Shown piece by piece: positions 27,304 through 37,353 of a stretch of DNA of 64,000 nt. Positions within the stretch are counted from its first letter, which is position 1; the number at the start of each line of letters is the position of its first letter. The translations under genes were made by a program, and so were the position numbers. The DNA lies in contig ONIQ01000001.1 of NCBI GenBank assembly GCA_900317925.1, positions 18,300 to 82,299 on the forward strand. The letters run 5' to 3'. The stretch comes from an uncultured Bacteroidales bacterium (GTDB lineage: Bacteria; Bacteroidota; Bacteroidia; Bacteroidales; UBA932). Below the pieces are notes generated by a model, which saw only the letters and a program-made list of their open reading frames with translations, was not told where the DNA came from and made no database searches.

Positions 27304-28320
27304 ATGAAAAAATGGCTATATATCGCAGTTTCCGTTTTGCTTGCAGCGGGCTGCGCGCGAGAGAAATCGGTAAATGAAAATGTCGCCGCCAAACGGTATT
27401 TCGATGCCTGGATGCAGGTGAATTATCCCCGTACACCTGCCACGGGAAAGGGGATTTACATCATCAAGGACACCCCGGGAACCGGAATGGAAGTATCGGA
27501 TAATACCGATATGTATGTATTCGTCACCTACACCCAGCGCCTGCTGAGCGGAACGGTGAGCGCAACCACCGACCCCAAAATGGCCCAGCAGCTGGGAAAC
27601 TATAAGACGACCACGTATTACGGTCCCGTTCCCTGGCTGGTCAACAAAGCCACCCTGAACGCCGGTATCCGGGAAACCCTGCGCGGCATGAAGGTGGGCG
27701 GAACGCGCACCGCCGTCATCCCGGGATGGCTGAATGTCATTGCAGACTATGACACGGCGGAAGAATACCTGGACGCCGAAACCGGTACCCACAACATCTA
27801 CACGCTCCACGTTGCAGATGCCACCACCGATATCAAAAAATGGGAGATTGACTCGCTGGAACGTTATTCCAAACGGGTGCTGGACGTGGCCGACTCGGTG
27901 ATTTACGGTTTCTATTACAAATGCCTCAACCCCGAGGCCGTTGCAGACAAGACCGTCATGCCCAACGACACCACCTTTTATATCAATTACACCGGTCGCC
28001 TGCTGAACGGACAGGTCTTCGACACCACGATGGAAGATACCGCAAAATTTTACGGAATCTACTCCGCCTCCAAGACCTACAGCCCCGTCGCCATCAACAA
28101 GAAAGAGAATTACAAGAATATCTCCATGGGTGACGACAGCACCGCCGAAGGAAACCTGGTGGACGGATTTGCCTACTGCTGCTCGATCCTGCGGCCGTTT
28201 GAAAAAGGCACCTGCACCTTCTATTCTACGCGGGGCTATGCCGCCAACGGAAACGGCTCATCCATCCCGGCCTATGCCAGTCTCCGGTTCGATATTGATG
28301 TGGTAGCAAAACCGAAGTAA
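27304..28320 (+). CDS. Two-domain FKBP-type PPIase lipoprotein
   Basis: Lipobox LAAGC; GMKVGG, INYTGRLLNGQVFDT, IPAYASLRFDI. Confidence 0.82.
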   Translation: MKKWLYIAVSVLLAAGCAREKSVNENVAAKRYFDAWMQVNYPRTPATGKGIYIIKDTPGTGMEVSDNTDMYVFVTYTQRLLSGTVSATTDPKMAQQLGNYKTTTYYGPVPWLVNKATLNAGIRETLRGMKVGGTRTAVIPGWLNVIADYDTAEEYLDAETGTHNIYTLHVADATTDIKKWEIDSLERYSKRVLDVADSVIYGFYYKCLNPEAVADKTVMPNDTTFYINYTGRLLNGQVFDTTMEDTAKFYGIYSASKTYSPVAINKKENYKNISMGDDSTAEGNLVDGFAYCCSILRPFEKGTCTFYSTRGYAANGNGSSIPAYASLRFDIDVVAKPK

Positions 28321-28325
28321 CGACA

Positions 28326-29717
28326 ATGGCAGGTCAGGCAGCCCCCTCAGAACTCGGTACCCGGAAAATCAGTTCCCTGTTAAGGCAGTATGCCGTTCCC
28401 GCCATCATTGCGATGACGGCATCCTCCCTGTACAACATGGTGGACAGCATCTACATCGGCCATATCCCCGAAGTAGGTTCGCTGGCCATTTCCGGCCTGG
28501 CCGTCACCTTCCCGCTGATGAACCTGTCCACGGCCATGGGCACCCTTGTGGGCGTGGGCGCAGCCACCATGATTTCCATCCTGCTGGGCAAGAAAAACTA
28601 CACCATCGCCAACAAGGTGCTGTCCAATGAAGTGACCCTGAATGCCATCCTGGGCGTGGTCTTTGCCATCGTTTGCCTGGCCTTCCTGGACCCCATCCTT
28701 ACCTTTTTCGGTGCCAGTGAGAATACCCTTCCCTTTGCCCGGGATTACATGGTCATCATCCTGCTGGGCAACGTCATCACCCATATTTACTTTGGCCTGA
28801 ACGCCGTGATCCGTTCTTCCGGGAATCCCCGGCTGGCCATGGGACTGGCGCTGTTCACCGTTATTTCCAATGCCATCATCGACCCCATCTTTATCTTTAC
28901 CTTCGGGCTGGGTATCCGGGGAGCCGCCCTGGCCACGGTCCTGTGCCAGTTCCTGGCCATGATCCTGACCCTGCGGTATTTCATGGATAAAGGGAAACTC
29001 CTGCATCTGGGCCCCCGCTTTTTCGAACTGGACTGGCCCATCGCCAAGGAATCCCTCGCCATCGGCATGGGACCCTTCCTGATGAATGCGGCGGCCTGTA
29101 TCGTCTCTTTGTTCATCAATCAGCAGTTGTTCAAATATGGAGGCGACCTGGCCATCGGTGGATACGGCATCATCAACCGGATCTCCTTCCTGTTCGTCAT
29201 GGTGATCCTGGGACTCAACCAGGGCATGCAGCCCATTGCCGGCTACAATTACGGGGCACGGCAGTACAGCCGCGTCCGAAGCGTATATCTGATTACGGCC
29301 GCATGGGCTACGCTGATCCTGGTTTTCGGCTTTATTGTCTGTGAATTTTTCCCGGGTCTTACTGTCAGCGCCTTCACCAACGACCCCGCTTTAAAAGAGA
29401 TTGCCACCCGTGGCATCCGCATCATGAACTGCGCCTTCCCCATCATCGGATTCCAGATGGTCGGAACCAACCTGTTCCAGAGCCTGGGTATGGTGAACAA
29501 ATCCATTTTCCTGTCGCTGACCCGCCAATTGATCTTCCTGGTCCCGGCCATTTATCTGCTACCGCTGGAATGGGGCCTGGACGGCATTTGGTACAGCTAT
29601 CCCGTTTCCGATACCCTGGCCTCCATCATCACCGCCATCCTGCTCATCGGCCTGTTGCGCAAACTGAACCGCATGAAAGACGGTGATGACCCTACCCTTT
29701 TAGGCTCAACCCTTTAA
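28326..29717 (+). CDS. MATE family efflux transporter
   Basis: LYNMVDSIYIG, IRSSGNP, GIRGAALAT, QPIAGYNYGA; ~12 TM. Confidence 0.94.
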   Translation: MAGQAAPSELGTRKISSLLRQYAVPAIIAMTASSLYNMVDSIYIGHIPEVGSLAISGLAVTFPLMNLSTAMGTLVGVGAATMISILLGKKNYTIANKVLSNEVTLNAILGVVFAIVCLAFLDPILTFFGASENTLPFARDYMVIILLGNVITHIYFGLNAVIRSSGNPRLAMGLALFTVISNAIIDPIFIFTFGLGIRGAALATVLCQFLAMILTLRYFMDKGKLLHLGPRFFELDWPIAKESLAIGMGPFLMNAAACIVSLFINQQLFKYGGDLAIGGYGIINRISFLFVMVILGLNQGMQPIAGYNYGARQYSRVRSVYLITAAWATLILVFGFIVCEFFPGLTVSAFTNDPALKEIATRGIRIMNCAFPIIGFQMVGTNLFQSLGMVNKSIFLSLTRQLIFLVPAIYLLPLEWGLDGIWYSYPVSDTLASIITAILLIGLLRKLNRMKDGDDPTLLGSTL

Positions 29718-29719
29718 CC

Positions 29720-31006
29720 ATGTCAAAAAAGACCTTCCGATACCTCTTCATCATCGCGGCATCCATCGTGGCGGCCATCGCCCTGGGAAGTTCCTTTCGC
29801 AGCGAAAAAACCGATGAAACGCGCCGCAAACCCCTGAACCTCAACAAAAACCTCACCAACGAAATGTCCGACACCTCCGACCTGGCGGGCCTGGACAAAA
29901 GCATCACCCGGTTCATGCAGGAGTGGAACCTGCAGGGCGTATCGCTCAGCATCATGCGCAACGATTCGCTGCTGTACGCGAAGGGTTACGGGTGGGCCGA
30001 TGAAGAAAAGGACGTGCGGATGTCTCCCGGCATCATCCTGCGGATGGCATCGGTATCCAAACTCCTCACCGCCACCGGCATCATGGTCCTGCAGGAGCAG
30101 GGCCGCCTGAGCCTGCGCGATTCGGTCTTCGGGCCCTCGGGCATCCTCAACGACACTTCCTATACGAGAATCATCAAGGACAAAAACTACTATAAAATCA
30201 CGGTCGAGGACCTGCTGCGCCACAAGGGCGGATTCAAATCCACCTATGGCGATCCGCTCTTCCAGACACGTACCGTGATGATGCAGAACCGGCTGACCAC
30301 CCCGCCGGACCAGGAAACCCTGGTGAAATGCATGATCAAATTCCCGCTGAAGTTCGTTCCGGGCACCTCGCAGTACTATTCCAATTTCGGGTACCTGCTG
30401 CTGTCGATGATTATCGAAAAGGTTTCCGGCGAGTCTTATGAGGAGTTCATGCAACAGAACGTGCTGCGCCCCGCCGGCTGCACCGACTTCCACATTGCCA
30501 ACAATTACTACAAAGAAAAATACAAGAACGAAACGCGGTACCACCTCCAAACCAATGACGAACCCGTTCTGGAGTACAACAACAGCGGCCGCGAGGTGCC
30601 GCGCTGCTACGGCGGTAACAACATCCGCGCCCTGTCCGGCGCCGGGGCCTGGGTGGGCTCCACGCCCGAACTGGCCCGTTTCATCGCCTCCATCGACGGC
30701 CGGCCGGAAGTCCCGGACATCCTCTCGCTCAAGAGCGTTCGCGCCATGACGGAATACCTTGACGACGACACCTACTCCCTGGGATGGAACGATACCCATC
30801 CACTCAAAGGCTGGACCCGCACCGGCACCCTTTCCGGCACCAGCGCCCTCATCAAATACTATCCCGACGGCGAATGCTGGATCCTGATTACCAACACCAG
30901 TACATGGAAAGGGCCCGGACTCACCCGCTATACAGCCGAGCTCTTCCGGACCCTTCGCCAGCGGTATTCGGAGAAACTCCCCGCCCGCGATTTCTTCTGG
31001 GAATAA
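29720..31006 (+). CDS. Serine hydrolase (class C beta-lactamase/PBP-like family)
   Basis: SVSK (SxxK), YSN, LLRH, terminal RTG motif. Confidence 0.85.
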   Translation: MSKKTFRYLFIIAASIVAAIALGSSFRSEKTDETRRKPLNLNKNLTNEMSDTSDLAGLDKSITRFMQEWNLQGVSLSIMRNDSLLYAKGYGWADEEKDVRMSPGIILRMASVSKLLTATGIMVLQEQGRLSLRDSVFGPSGILNDTSYTRIIKDKNYYKITVEDLLRHKGGFKSTYGDPLFQTRTVMMQNRLTTPPDQETLVKCMIKFPLKFVPGTSQYYSNFGYLLLSMIIEKVSGESYEEFMQQNVLRPAGCTDFHIANNYYKEKYKNETRYHLQTNDEPVLEYNNSGREVPRCYGGNNIRALSGAGAWVGSTPELARFIASIDGRPEVPDILSLKSVRAMTEYLDDDTYSLGWNDTHPLKGWTRTGTLSGTSALIKYYPDGECWILITNTSTWKGPGLTRYTAELFRTLRQRYSEKLPARDFFWE

Positions 31007-31009
31007 AGC

Positions 31010-31918
31010 TTATTTCACGCTCATGACCGCCTCGGCGATGGAGTTGAGTTTGGTATCCACCGTGTCGGCGCGGGAGGCGAGGACACAAGGAGCCGTGGTA
31101 CCCACGAGGATACCGGCCTGACGGACACCGTCGCTCATCTTGGAATTGGTCTTCCAGAAAACATTGCCGCTCTCGATATTCGGGAACACCAGGCAGTCGG
31201 CGTCGCCGGCCACCGGGCTCACGAGTTTCTTGATTTCCACGCTCTCCTTGTCGATGGCGACATCCAGGGCCAGCGGACCGTCTCCGATGCAGCCCTTGAT
31301 CTGACCACGGTCGCACATCTTGGCCAGCATGGCAGCCTCGATGCAGGCCGGCATGGAATCCAGCATCTGCTCGGATGCGGCGATAAAGGCCACCTTCGGT
31401 TTCTCGATCCCGAAGGAGCGGGCGATGTTCACCACGAAATTGGCCAGTTTCACTTTCTGGCGGAAATCCGGCAGCGGAATCACGGCCATATCGGTCATGA
31501 AGATCAACTTGTGGTAGTGGGGATTCTCAATCACGCCCACGTGGCTGAGCAAGCCCTTGGCCGGCAGCAGACCCGTCTCCTTGTTCAGGATGGCGCGGAG
31601 GAATTTATCGGTAGAGCAGAGGCCCTTCATGAGCACGTCGCCCTGTCCGTCGTGAACCATCTGGACCGCCTGGGCCACTGCTTTCAGTTCGTTGGGGTTG
31701 TCAATCACCTCGAACTTGTTCACATCCATGCCGTTCTTGGCACAGGTGTCGGCAATCAGTTTGGCGTCGCCCACCAGGGTGGCCGTTACGAAGCCCTTCT
31801 CAACAGCCTTATATGCGGCCTCGATGGAATGCTCATCCACACCCCAGGCCACGACCAGTTTCTTGCAGATACCCTTTTCCTTGAGCTCTGCATACACGTC
31901 GTTAAAAGATGTAATCAT
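31010..31918 (-). CDS. Phosphate acyltransferase, Ptb (phosphate butyryltransferase) type
   Basis: LMKGLCST..LRAILNKE.GL, LSHV, GPLALD.A, PNIESGN, SRAD. Confidence 0.85.
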   Translation of the reverse strand: MITSFNDVYAELKEKGICKKLVVAWGVDEHSIEAAYKAVEKGFVTATLVGDAKLIADTCAKNGMDVNKFEVIDNPNELKAVAQAVQMVHDGQGDVLMKGLCSTDKFLRAILNKETGLLPAKGLLSHVGVIENPHYHKLIFMTDMAVIPLPDFRQKVKLANFVVNIARSFGIEKPKVAFIAASEQMLDSMPACIEAAMLAKMCDRGQIKGCIGDGPLALDVAIDKESVEIKKLVSPVAGDADCLVFPNIESGNVFWKTNSKMSDGVRQAGILVGTTAPCVLASRADTVDTKLNSIAEAVMSVK

Positions 31919-31933
31919 ATTATTGTGAATTTA

Positions 31934-33148
31934 TTAGTCTTCCAAATCCTGTACGATATGCATGGTATCGCGGGCAATGACCAGCTCCTCATTGGTCGGA
32001 ATGAGGGCCACCTTTACCTTGGAGGTAGGCAGGCTCAGCAGGGTCTCCTTGCCGGCAGCGGCATTGGCCTCGTAGTCGAATTCCAGGCCGATGTAGCTGA
32101 AATTCTCGCACACGCGGCGACGGAAACGGCTGTTGTTCTCGCCGATACCACCGGTGAACACAATCAGGTCCACACCGTTCATGGCCGCCACATACATACC
32201 GATATTCTTGATGACATCGTAAGAGAGTTTCTTGAACACCAGCTTGGCCTTGTAGTCGCCGGCATTCGCCAGCTCGTTCAGGTCGCGGGCGTCGGAGGAC
32301 TTCTCCGACAGGCCCAGGAAACCGCTCTTCTTGTTCATCACCTCCGTCATCTGGTCCGGGGTCAGGTTCTCCTTCTTCATGATATACGGGATGATGTTGC
32401 CGTCGATGTTACCGCAGCGGGTACCCATGATCATGCCTTCCAGCGGGGTGAAACCCATGGAGGTATCCACCACCTTGCCGTTTACGATGGCCGTGACGGA
32501 ACTGCCGTTCCCCACGTGGCAGGTAATGATCTTGGAGTGCTCCAGGTCGATCCCGCAGAACTTGGCACCGCGCTGGGCCACGTACTGATGCGAGGTACCG
32601 TGGGCACCGTAACGGCGGACGCGGTACTTCTCATAATAGCTGTACGGCAGGGCATACATGTAGGCGTAATCCGGCATGGTCTGATGGAAAGCCGTGTCGA
32701 AGGTCACCACCTGCGGAACCGAAGGGAGCACCTCCGAAATGGCGTGGATACCCAGCAGGTGGGCGGGATTGTGCAGCGGGGCGAAGTCGCAGCATATGCC
32801 GATCTTCTCGATGACATCGTCATTGACCAGGGCACTGCCGCTGAAGAAATCGGCACCCTGCACGATCCGGTGACCGACCGCATCGATATCGTCAAAAGAC
32901 TTCAGCACGCCCGTCTTCGGATCCACCAGGGCATCCAGGACAAGTTTCATGCCCTCTTTGTGGTCTGCTACCGGCAGTTCCTTTACAATCTTCTCGCGGC
33001 CCGTCGGTGCATACTGGAGGATACCTTCCGGCAATCCGATCTTCTCTACGATTCCTTTGGCGATGAGGGAATAGGCATCATCGCTCTTCATGTCCAGAAG
33101 CTGGTATTTGATGGACGAGCTTCCGCAATTGATAACAAGTATAATCAT
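31934..33148 (-). CDS. ackA: Acetate/propionate kinase
   Basis: INCGSSSIKYQL, GHR, PLHNP, YGAHGTSH, DTSMGFTPLEG, FTGGIGEN; TATATTTG box at 33177-33184 (-). Confidence 0.95.
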   Translation of the reverse strand: MIILVINCGSSSIKYQLLDMKSDDAYSLIAKGIVEKIGLPEGILQYAPTGREKIVKELPVADHKEGMKLVLDALVDPKTGVLKSFDDIDAVGHRIVQGADFFSGSALVNDDVIEKIGICCDFAPLHNPAHLLGIHAISEVLPSVPQVVTFDTAFHQTMPDYAYMYALPYSYYEKYRVRRYGAHGTSHQYVAQRGAKFCGIDLEHSKIITCHVGNGSSVTAIVNGKVVDTSMGFTPLEGMIMGTRCGNIDGNIIPYIMKKENLTPDQMTEVMNKKSGFLGLSEKSSDARDLNELANAGDYKAKLVFKKLSYDVIKNIGMYVAAMNGVDLIVFTGGIGENNSRFRRRVCENFSYIGLEFDYEANAAAGKETLLSLPTSKVKVALIPTNEELVIARDTMHIVQDLED

Positions 33149-33223
33149 TTCTGTAACGTTTTTTCGGTATAATATGCAAATATATGAAATATTATCGTTA
33201 TTTTAGCAGAAAACCAAACTTAA

Positions 33224-34288
33224 ATGGAAGAAGCGAGGTCTTTCGAAGCGATAGCATTCCCTTTTACCGTCGGTCTGGCAGCAGGGCTTCTCCTGCCGGA
33301 GCAACTGTACGCAGTGGGCGGCATCCATCTCCTGGGCGGTCTGGCCTGCCTGGGAGCGGTGTTCCTGTCCCTGTGGATGCTCTGGCGGGGCGGCGGGCGG
33401 CTGGAGCTGGCTTTGCTGATGATCTGCACGGGCCTGTGCTGCACGGCCGCCAACCGGCTGGGAGGGAGCGTTGCGCCGCCCGCCGGAGGGCTGGAGGCCC
33501 TCAAAAACCTACTGGCCGGCCTGCCCTTCCCCCATGAACGCACCGCTCCCCTGCTCACGGCCCTTTTCACCGGCGACCGCTCCTTCCTGGAGCGCGACGT
33601 CCTCCAGGTTTTCCGCAGCAGCGGCGCCTCGCACATCCTGGCCTTGAGCGGTTTGCACCTGGGCATCCTCTACCTGGTAATGACGCGTGTCCTGTCCATC
33701 CTGGGGAACAGTCCCCTTGCCCGGACCGTCCGCAGTGTGGCAGCCATCGTCCCTGCAGGCGCCTTCTGCCTGGCGACCGGCGCCTCCCCCTCCCTCGTAC
33801 GCGCCTTCCTTTTCATCGTGCTGGGCGAGGCCTGCGCCCTGCTGCACCGGCCCCGGAACGCCTGGCACATCCTGCTGGTCGCCCTGACTCTGCAGGCAGC
33901 CATCGACCCCTCCCAGGTGGCCACGGTCGGCTTCCAGCTCTCCTACCTGGCCATGACCGGCATCACCCTCATTTACCCGATACTGGAACGATGGTATCCG
34001 GCCGACGGCCGTTTCGACCCCATCCGCAAGGTCTGGAAAGGGGCGGCCCTGACCCTCTCCTGCCAGCTGACCACCGCCCCCCTGGCCTGGCTGACCTTCC
34101 ACACCTTTCCCCGTCATTTCCTGCTCACCAACCTGCTGGCCATGCCGCTTACCACGGCCCTCATGGTCCTGGGCGTGGCCACGGTCGCCCTGGGCGCCGC
34201 AGGCATCTGCCCGATGCTGCTGATCCGGCTCACGGACCAGGCGGCATCGGCCTTGCTCTTTTGTCTGGAAGTTATTGCAGGAATGTAG
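33224..34288 (+). CDS. ComEC/Rec2 family membrane protein (no MBL domain)
   Basis: SHILALSGLH, PSLVRA, GFQLSYLA. Confidence 0.88.
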   Translation: MEEARSFEAIAFPFTVGLAAGLLLPEQLYAVGGIHLLGGLACLGAVFLSLWMLWRGGGRLELALLMICTGLCCTAANRLGGSVAPPAGGLEALKNLLAGLPFPHERTAPLLTALFTGDRSFLERDVLQVFRSSGASHILALSGLHLGILYLVMTRVLSILGNSPLARTVRSVAAIVPAGAFCLATGASPSLVRAFLFIVLGEACALLHRPRNAWHILLVALTLQAAIDPSQVATVGFQLSYLAMTGITLIYPILERWYPADGRFDPIRKVWKGAALTLSCQLTTAPLAWLTFHTFPRHFLLTNLLAMPLTTALMVLGVATVALGAAGICPMLLIRLTDQAASALLFCLEVIAGM

Positions 34289-35237
34289 AAACCAGCGTGA
34301 AGCCGGGCGAGGCCCAGTCGCGCATGCCCTCCCCGTCGTCAAAGACCAGGTAGCCTTCTACCGAAGGGTCGGAAAGGATGAAGTCGCGTGCCTGGTCCAC
34401 GCCCACCACCATGCAATAGGTCGCCCACGCGTCGGCCGTCAAGGCATCGGGGGCTACTATGGTGGCACTCAGGAGGTTATGCTGTACCGGCCAGCCTGTC
34501 CGGGGATCCACGGTATGGGCATACTTCCGCCCGTCCCGGATGTAAAATTTGCGATAATTACCCGACGTGACGATTCCGCAAGGACCACCGGCCGACTGCC
34601 AGACCGCCGTCATGGCTTTCCCGCGTTCCTGGTTGCCGTCCTCGGGCCGGTCCACCCCAATGTTCCAGCCTTGCCCGGAGGGGTTCACCCCGTCGCAGAA
34701 AATCTCGCCGATGTCCACCAGCATGTCCTTCACGCCCAGCGAATACAGGAAGGCGGCTACGCGGTCGCAACTGTATCCCTGGGCAATGGCGTTGAAATTC
34801 CAGCGGCTGCGGTCTCCCTTCAGGGCGGCCACTTCCTCGGCCGATGGCAACGAATCCGTCTTGAAACCGAAGCCCCAGGCGTCGAACAAGGCTCCGGCCG
34901 CACAGTCCAACGCCCCGCCGGTATGCTCCCGCAGGCTGTCTGCGATTGCGCACATCTGTCTGAACATCAGGTTGTTAATAGATGTATCGCCCGCATTGCG
35001 GCGGCTGAGGACAGACCCCTTGTTATAACCGGAAAGGGTGGTATCGATCTCTACCAGGATGGCATCGATGCTGTCCCGTACCGCCTGGGGTGAAAGACGC
35101 ACCCCGCGCAGGTTGGCCTTTACCGTCCACGTACCGCCCTGGGCAAAGCCCTTCATGGCCACATAACGGTCCCCTCCGGTGCAGCCGTACAAGGCCAGCA
35201 ACAGCAGGATTCCAAAAAGTCGTGCGATTCGTTTCAT
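34272..35237 (-). CDS. apbE: FAD:protein FMN transferase
   Basis: NAIAQGY, DIGE, TSGNYR, HTVDPRTG, ADAWAT; start MKRIARLF at 35237. Confidence 0.92.
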   Translation of the reverse strand: MKRIARLFGILLLLALYGCTGGDRYVAMKGFAQGGTWTVKANLRGVRLSPQAVRDSIDAILVEIDTTLSGYNKGSVLSRRNAGDTSINNLMFRQMCAIADSLREHTGGALDCAAGALFDAWGFGFKTDSLPSAEEVAALKGDRSRWNFNAIAQGYSCDRVAAFLYSLGVKDMLVDIGEIFCDGVNPSGQGWNIGVDRPEDGNQERGKAMTAVWQSAGGPCGIVTSGNYRKFYIRDGRKYAHTVDPRTGWPVQHNLLSATIVAPDALTADAWATYCMVVGVDQARDFILSDPSVEGYLVFDDGEGMRDWASPGFTLVSTFLQ

Positions 35238-35297
35238 TCGGCAAAGTATTTGCACAAAGTTAACTGTTTTTACATAAAAAATGTGCATATTTGTAGA

Positions 35298-36296
35298 ATG
35301 AAACTGACGAGAATACTCTTCCCGGCCCTTTTGGCCGCGGCCATCCTGGCTTCCTGCAAAAAAAGCAGCGATGATGTCACATATAATTACCTGACGGGAT
35401 CCATGCGTTTCGACCTGACCATGTACTCGAAACCGGAAGTTATCTATCATATTGTCCCTTCAGGCGTTACGCATCCAAAAGGAGAGGATTTGGGCTATTA
35501 CTGGCGCGTCTCCTGGAAAACGGTGAATGACACCACCAAGAAGGTAAATGTCGCCGGCGACGGGTCTTATAACATGACGGCACCTGCCAATGTCGGCTAC
35601 TACACGGTCAAAGCCGCAGCCTTCGCCCCGGATTATTCCGAAACGTCCAAGACAGCCGATTTAGTTGTCGTCAAGGACGATATTGACAGTACGGTTTCCA
35701 ATACGGGCATCAAAATCACCGATCCTTTCATGATGGACAACCGCGACGGGAAACGTTATTACCTGACCACAGTGGGCGGCAAGACCTGGTCCAAACAGAA
35801 CAGCGCCTACCAGGGATCCGGAAAGCCGTATTCGAACAGCGAACCCATGTCCTACATCTTTGGACGCTACTATACCTGGGAAGAGGCCAAGACCGCCTGT
35901 CCTTCCGGCTGGCATCTTTCCACCGAACAGGATTGGCTGGAACTGGCCGCTGCCGTGACCGGATCCAAAACCCTGGAAAAATTCAGCACCTTCCCCAACG
36001 TGGCCGGTGCCTTAATGCCGGATGCCAAATTCCTCTCCAACCGGATGTGGACTTACTATCCCAAGGTGGTGAAGACCAATTCTACCGGCTTTTCCGCCAT
36101 TCCGGTCGGTTACGCCATTGAATCGGGCAGTACCCTGTTTTCCGGGAACAGCCTGTATGCCACGTTCTGGACGGCCGATGAAGCCAATGCCACCCAGGCC
36201 TGGTACCGCCTTCTCCGGGACGACAATCCGGATGTTCTGGCCGGGACGGCCGACAAGGCCTCTTTCCGCGCCTCGGTCCGTTGTGTACAAGACTAA
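35298..36296 (+). CDS. FISUMP (Fibrobacter succinogenes major paralogous) domain lipoprotein
   Basis: Lipobox LASC; DNRDGKRY, GRYYTW..A..ACPSGWH, FSAIPVG, FW, ASVRCVQD. Confidence 0.87.
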   Translation: MKLTRILFPALLAAAILASCKKSSDDVTYNYLTGSMRFDLTMYSKPEVIYHIVPSGVTHPKGEDLGYYWRVSWKTVNDTTKKVNVAGDGSYNMTAPANVGYYTVKAAAFAPDYSETSKTADLVVVKDDIDSTVSNTGIKITDPFMMDNRDGKRYYLTTVGGKTWSKQNSAYQGSGKPYSNSEPMSYIFGRYYTWEEAKTACPSGWHLSTEQDWLELAAAVTGSKTLEKFSTFPNVAGALMPDAKFLSNRMWTYYPKVVKTNSTGFSAIPVGYAIESGSTLFSGNSLYATFWTADEANATQAWYRLLRDDNPDVLAGTADKASFRASVRCVQD

Positions 36297-36308
36297 TCAT
36301 ACTATCAT

Positions 36309-36899
36309 ATGAAAAAAGGAATCGTTACCATCATTGTCCTGGCCGTAGTTGCGCTGGGACTGTTCAGTTGGGGAAAGAACGCTTATAACGGCCTCGTCAA
36401 GGGCGAGGAAGGTGTAGAAGCCGCCTGGGCCCAGGTAGAAAATGTTTATCAGCGCCGTGCCGACCTGATTCCCAATCTGGTAGCCACCGTCAAGGGGTAT
36501 GCCGAACACGAGAGCAGCACCCTGCAGGCCGTGATCGAGGCCCGCGCCAAAGCCACCCAGACCAAGATCGATCCGGCCAACCTCAGTGCCGAAGAGATTG
36601 CCAAATTCCAGGCAGCCCAGGGCGAACTGAGCCAGGCACTCGGACGCCTCCTCGTTACCGTAGAGCAATACCCCGACCTGAAAGCCAACCAGAACTTCCT
36701 GGAGCTGCAGGCCCAGCTGGAAGGCACCGAAAACCGGATTACGGTAGAACGCCAGAAATTCAACGAGACGGCGATGGCCTACAATACCCAGGTCCGCACC
36801 TTCCCGCAGAACATCATCGCCAGCCTTTTCAACTTCGAGAAGAAGGGGTATTTCAAGGCTGCCGAAGGGGCCGAAACCGCTCCGAAGGTAGAATTCTAG
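36309..36899 (+). CDS. lemA: LemA family protein
   Basis: YQRRADLIPNLVATVKGYA, YPDLKANQNF, TENRI. Confidence 0.95.
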   Translation: MKKGIVTIIVLAVVALGLFSWGKNAYNGLVKGEEGVEAAWAQVENVYQRRADLIPNLVATVKGYAEHESSTLQAVIEARAKATQTKIDPANLSAEEIAKFQAAQGELSQALGRLLVTVEQYPDLKANQNFLELQAQLEGTENRITVERQKFNETAMAYNTQVRTFPQNIIASLFNFEKKGYFKAAEGAETAPKVEF

Positions 36900-36900
36900 C

Positions 36901-37353
36901 ATGAGAGCACGGGATTTCCTGAGCCGGGAGGAACAGCAGCGGCTGATTGATGCCATCATCGCAGCCGAAAAACGGACTTCCGGAGAAATCCGTATCCATA
37001 TTGAACGGAAATGTCCCGAGGATCCCAAAGAAGGGGCCCTCAGGACCTTCCATAAGCTCCATATGGAGAAAACCGCCCAGCGGAACGCTGTCCTGATTTA
37101 TGTAGCCTGTGAGTCGCGGCGTTTCGCCGTGCTGGGCGACAAGGGCATTGATGCCGTGGTGCCCGCAGGTTTCTGGAAAGATATCTGTGCCGGCCTGAGC
37201 AGTCATTTCTCCCTGGGAACCTACGCCGACGGTCTCGCCGAAGCCATCAACCGGGTCGGGGAGAAACTCAAAACCTATTTCCCCTACCGTTCCGACGACG
37301 TGAACGAACTTCCGGACGAGATTTCTTTCCATGAAAACGATGGCGAAGATTAG
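36901..37353 (+). CDS. TPM domain protein
   Basis: AEKRTSGEIRIHIE, RNAVLIY, GDKGI, NELPDEIS. Confidence 0.9.
   Translation: MRARDFLSREEQQRLIDAIIAAEKRTSGEIRIHIERKCPEDPKEGALRTFHKLHMEKTAQRNAVLIYVACESRRFAVLGDKGIDAVVPAGFWKDICAGLSSHFSLGTYADGLAEAINRVGEKLKTYFPYRSDDVNELPDEISFHENDGED

Noticed and set aside
28326-31006. MATE plus beta-lactamase-family gene as resistance cassette
   Set aside because: Host-like composition, embedded in a housekeeping run, no mobility genes; both families are broad.
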